A stretch of 22,033 nucleotides of DNA from Okamejei kenojei (taxonomy: Eukaryota): NCBI GenBank assembly GCA_035221665.1. It is one part of the record CM069157.1 of this genome. One strand, written 5' to 3'. This document shows positions 19,195 through 22,033 of the stretch, piece by piece; position 1 is the first letter of the stretch, and the number at the start of each line of letters is the position of its first letter. The position numbers were made by a program, and so were the translations under genes. The notes under the pieces were generated by a model. The model had not been told where the DNA came from. It saw only the letters and a program-made list of their open reading frames with translations, and did not search any database.

Positions 19195-19336
19195 GGAGGA
19201 GGGGTCGGTGTTGGTCCAGGGGTCAGAGGGCAGGGATGCCACTCTACAGGTCACCTCATTGGCCCAGGTCATCCTGGACCCGCGCTGCCGGACGGTGCTG
19301 GGATTCCAGTCGCTGCTTGAGCGGGAGTGGCTGCAG
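19195..19336 (+). CDS. MTMR9L: Myotubularin-related protein 9-like, coding exon 7 (inactive P-loop)
   Basis: Acceptor gtgcag; EEGSVLVQGSEGRDATLQVTSLAQVILDPRCRTVLGFQSLLEREWLQ; donor gtacgt; 142 nt. Confidence 0.94.
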
Positions 19337-19374
19337 GTACGTCGGCATGGTAACCGCGGGGACCACGGGGCGGC

Positions 19375-19970
19375 GGGGGATGGTGGGGGTGGGGGTGGGG
19401 GGTGGGTGTGAGGGTGGGGGTGAGGATGGAGGGGGGGCGGTGTGAGGGTGGGGGTGCGGATGGAGGGGGGCGGTGAGGGGGTGAGGGTGAGGGTGGGGGT
19501 GAGGGTGGGGGTGGGTGTGAGGGTGGGGGTGGGGGTGAGGGTGAGGGTGGGGGGTGAGGGGTGGGGGTGGGGGGGGGGGTGGGGGTGGGGGTGGGATGGG
19601 TGTGGGGGTGGGGGTGGGTGTGAGGGTGGGGATGAGGNNNNNNNNNNNNNNNNNNNNNNNNNNNNNNNNNNNNNNNNNNNNNNNNNNNNNNNNNNNNNNN
19701 NNNNNNNNNNNNNNNNNNNNNNNNNNNNNNNNNNNNNNNNNNNNNNNNNNNNNNNNNNNNNNNNNNNNNNNGTGAGGGTGGGGGTGAGGGTGAGGGTGGG
19801 GGTGGGGGGTGATGGTGAAGGTGGGGGTGGGGTGTGGGGGTGGGGGTGGGGGTGGGGGTGGGGGTGAGGGGTGGGTGTGAGGGTGGGGGTGAGGATGGAG
19901 GGGGGGCGGTGAGGGGGTGAGGGTGAGGGTGGGGGTGGGGGTGATGGTGAAGGTGGGGGTGAGGGTGGAG
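19375..19970 (+). repeat. G-rich (GGGTGA/GGGGGT)n tract containing a 134-N gap (19638-19771)
   Basis: Directly visible; it fills most of intron 7. Confidence 0.92.
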
Positions 19971-20007
19971 TGGACGCGCTGTACCCGTCTCTCCTCTCCC
20001 CCCCCAG

Positions 20008-20228
20008 GCTGGCCACCCGTTCTCTGCCCGCTGTGCCGCCTCGGCCTACTCCCACGCCCGGCCTGGCGCCGAGTCGCCGGTCTTCCTGCTCTTCCTGGAC
20101 GGATGTTGGCAGATTTGCCGCCAGTTCCCTCGATGTTTCGAGTTCCAGCCGCGCCTCCTGGTCGCCCTCTTCCAGCACGCCTATGCCTCGTGTTGCGGCA
20201 CCTTCCTGGGCAACAACCCCGCACAAAG
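20008..20228 (+). CDS. MTMR9L: Myotubularin-related protein 9-like, coding exon 8 (gene continues beyond the window)
   Basis: Acceptor cccccag; AGHPFSARCAASAYSHARPGAESPVFLLFLDGCWQICRQFPRCFEFQPRLLVALFQHAYASCCGTFLGNNPAQ; donor gtgggt; 221 nt. This frame is not in the supplied ORF track and was translated by hand. Confidence 0.93.
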
Positions 20229-21143
20229 GTGGGTGGTGGGTACCGTGTACCGGGGCCATGTACCGTGTACCGTGTACCTGGGCCCTCGCGTGGCCCACAC
20301 GTGCTGGGATAGACACGCATGTACTCCTCACTGTGGGACGCGCCGCCATCTAGTGGTCTCCCTCTGAATGGGACGTCCATGTCCACCAAGCCCAATGGAG
20401 ACAGACAATGGAGACCAGGCCATGGACATCTGTGGTCCCCTCACCCTGCCCTGTGGACACGACACACAGTTCCCACGGTTACACTAGACCCTGGGGCTTG
20501 GTCAGTTCCTCACCTTGTGCTGACCTCTCCATACTTCACCCTTCCCCCCATCTCATTAGGTTACAGAAGAAGAAGGGCCTATTTCCTTCGCTCCATAGAT
20601 GCGGCCTCACCCGCTGTTCCTCCAGCATTTTTGTCTACCTTTGATTTTTCCAGCATCTGCAGTTCTTTCTTAAACAGATGAGGAAATGATCGGCGAGCGG
20701 GTGACATTCTAGCCATTGTTGAAATTGCATGATTCATCAATTTATATTGATATTAAAATTGAGGAGTGAACGTGTTAAACATGGCCAGAATATCATATAG
20801 GCGGCTCCACAATATCCTTGACCCCCTTGTGACGAATTGATTAGAAATAATAAACGACTCAGCATTTGCAAGATCCTGCATCCCTTTGGTCTGATGAGTT
20901 GTAGAGTGATACAGCACGGAAACAGGCCATTCGACCCAATGCCCACACCGACCAACATGTCCCATCTACACTAGCCCCACCTGCCTACGTATGGCCCATA
21001 TTTCTCTAAATCTTTCCTATCCATGCATCTGTCCATGTGAGTGACTTTTAAATATTGTTACACTATTGATTATGATTACTGAACTTTGATTTCCGGAGCT
21101 GGTCTAAGAAGTTCTCAAACAGCTAAACATCCTTGGTTTCACA

Positions 21144-21238
21144 CTCTGAGGAAGGGCCCCTACCTGAAACATCATCTGTCCATTCCCTCCGCAGATGCTG
21201 CCTGACCCACTGAGTTCCTCTAGTACTTTGTGTTTTAC
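21144..21238 (+). mobile_element. Penelope-like pLTR fragment with a degenerate hammerhead-like core
   Basis: CTGAGGA AGGGCCCCTACCT GAAACATC (21146-21173) plus the gatgctgcctgacccactgag tail. Confidence 0.6.
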
Positions 21239-21284
21239 TCTTCATTACCCAGTGGTTTTAAATTGGGAGCTTAGCGGGATAGAG

Positions 21285-21760
21285 TCAGAGTGATACAGCA
21301 TGGAAATAGGCCCTTCGGCCCAACCTGCACACACCGGCCAACATGTCCCATCTACACGAGTCCCACCTGCCTGCATGTGACCCCTATCCCTCTAAACCTG
21401 TCCTATCCATGTACCTGGCTAACTATTTCTCAAACGTTGGGATAGTCCCAGCCTCAACTACCTCCTCCGGCAGCTTGTTCCATACACACACCGCCCTTGC
21501 TGTGAAGAAGTTACCCCTCAGATTCCTAATAAATCTTTTCCCCTTCACCTTAAACCTATGCCCTCTGATCTTCGATTCCCCTACTCTGGGCAAGAGACTT
21601 TGTACGTCTACCCGATCTATTCCACTCATGATTTTATACACCTCAATAAGATCACTCCTCATCCTCCTGCGCTCCAAGGAATAGAGTCCCAGCCTACTCA
21701 ACCTCTGTGATAACTCAGACCCTCGAGTCCCCGTAAATCTTCTCTGCACCCTTTCCAGCT
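21285..21760 (-). mobile_element. CR1-like LINE 3' fragment (RT C-terminus plus tail)
   Basis: QRRFT..RLSRLGLYSLERRRMRSDLIEVYKIMSGIDRVD...RGHRFKVKG...NFFTARAVCVWNKLPEEVVEAGT is the classic CR1 ORF2 end. Confidence 0.88.
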
Positions 21761-21761
21761 T

Positions 21762-22033
21762 AGAAATATAGAAACATAGAAATTAGGTGCAGGAGCAGGC
21801 CATTTTACCCTTCGAGCATGTGACCCAACTCCCTCTTAAATATGCCCAATGAACTGGCCTCAACTACCTTCTGTGGCAGAGAATTCCACAGATTCACCAC
21901 TCTCTGTGTGAAAATCGATTTTCTCATCTCGGTCCTAAAAGACTTCCCCCTTATCCTTAAACTGTGACCCCTTGTCCTGGACTTCCCCAACATCGGGAAC
22001 AATCTTCCTGCATCTAGCCTATCCAACCCCTTA
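21762..22033 (-). mobile_element. CR1-like LINE 3' fragment, truncated by the window edge
   Basis: DRLDAGRLFPMLGKSRTRGHSLRIRGKSFRTEMRKSIFTQRVVNLWNSLPQKVVEA. Confidence 0.85.

Noticed and set aside
19375-19970. Interstitial telomere
   Set aside because: Units are TGAGGG/TGGGGG, not TTAGGG.
20540-20681. Possible MTMR9-like exon 9 after the pyrimidine tract and AG near 20559
   Set aside because: The translation lacks the expected KT.SLWSW.N.P motif and runs into a repeat fragment; exon 9 appears to be outside the window.
20886-20940. CTGATGA-hairpin...GAAAC hammerhead look-alike
   Set aside because: Three extra bases separate the hairpin from GAAA, no stem III forms, and the right half is an antisense CR1 tail; probably chance.

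Overview
Vertebrate genomic DNA, most likely a cartilaginous fish (skate/ray-like; inferred from V-SINE/HE1-like, CR1-like and Penelope-like repeats). Two genes lie head-to-head about 5.4 kb apart. One is a complete two-exon FAM167-family gene on the minus strand, join(1867..1568, 629..366), 187 aa, FAM167B-like. The other is the first 8 coding exons (7234..20228, 1334 nt, open frame, all GT-AG introns) of a myotubularin-related protein 9-like pseudophosphatase on the plus strand; its last exons lie beyond the window. The arrangement recalls human FAM167B/MTMR9LP, where the MTMR9 paralog is a pseudogene. The rest is mostly decayed CR1 3' ends, V-SINEs, G/C-rich satellites and two N gaps. The most unusual signal is a Penelope-derived repeat with minimal hammerhead-ribozyme cores (CUGANGA-stem II-GAAAC(G/A)UC), repeatedly arranged as fold-back units, one with a probable target-site duplication. 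Repeat boundaries are approximate, family names and human comparisons are from memory, and no searches were run.
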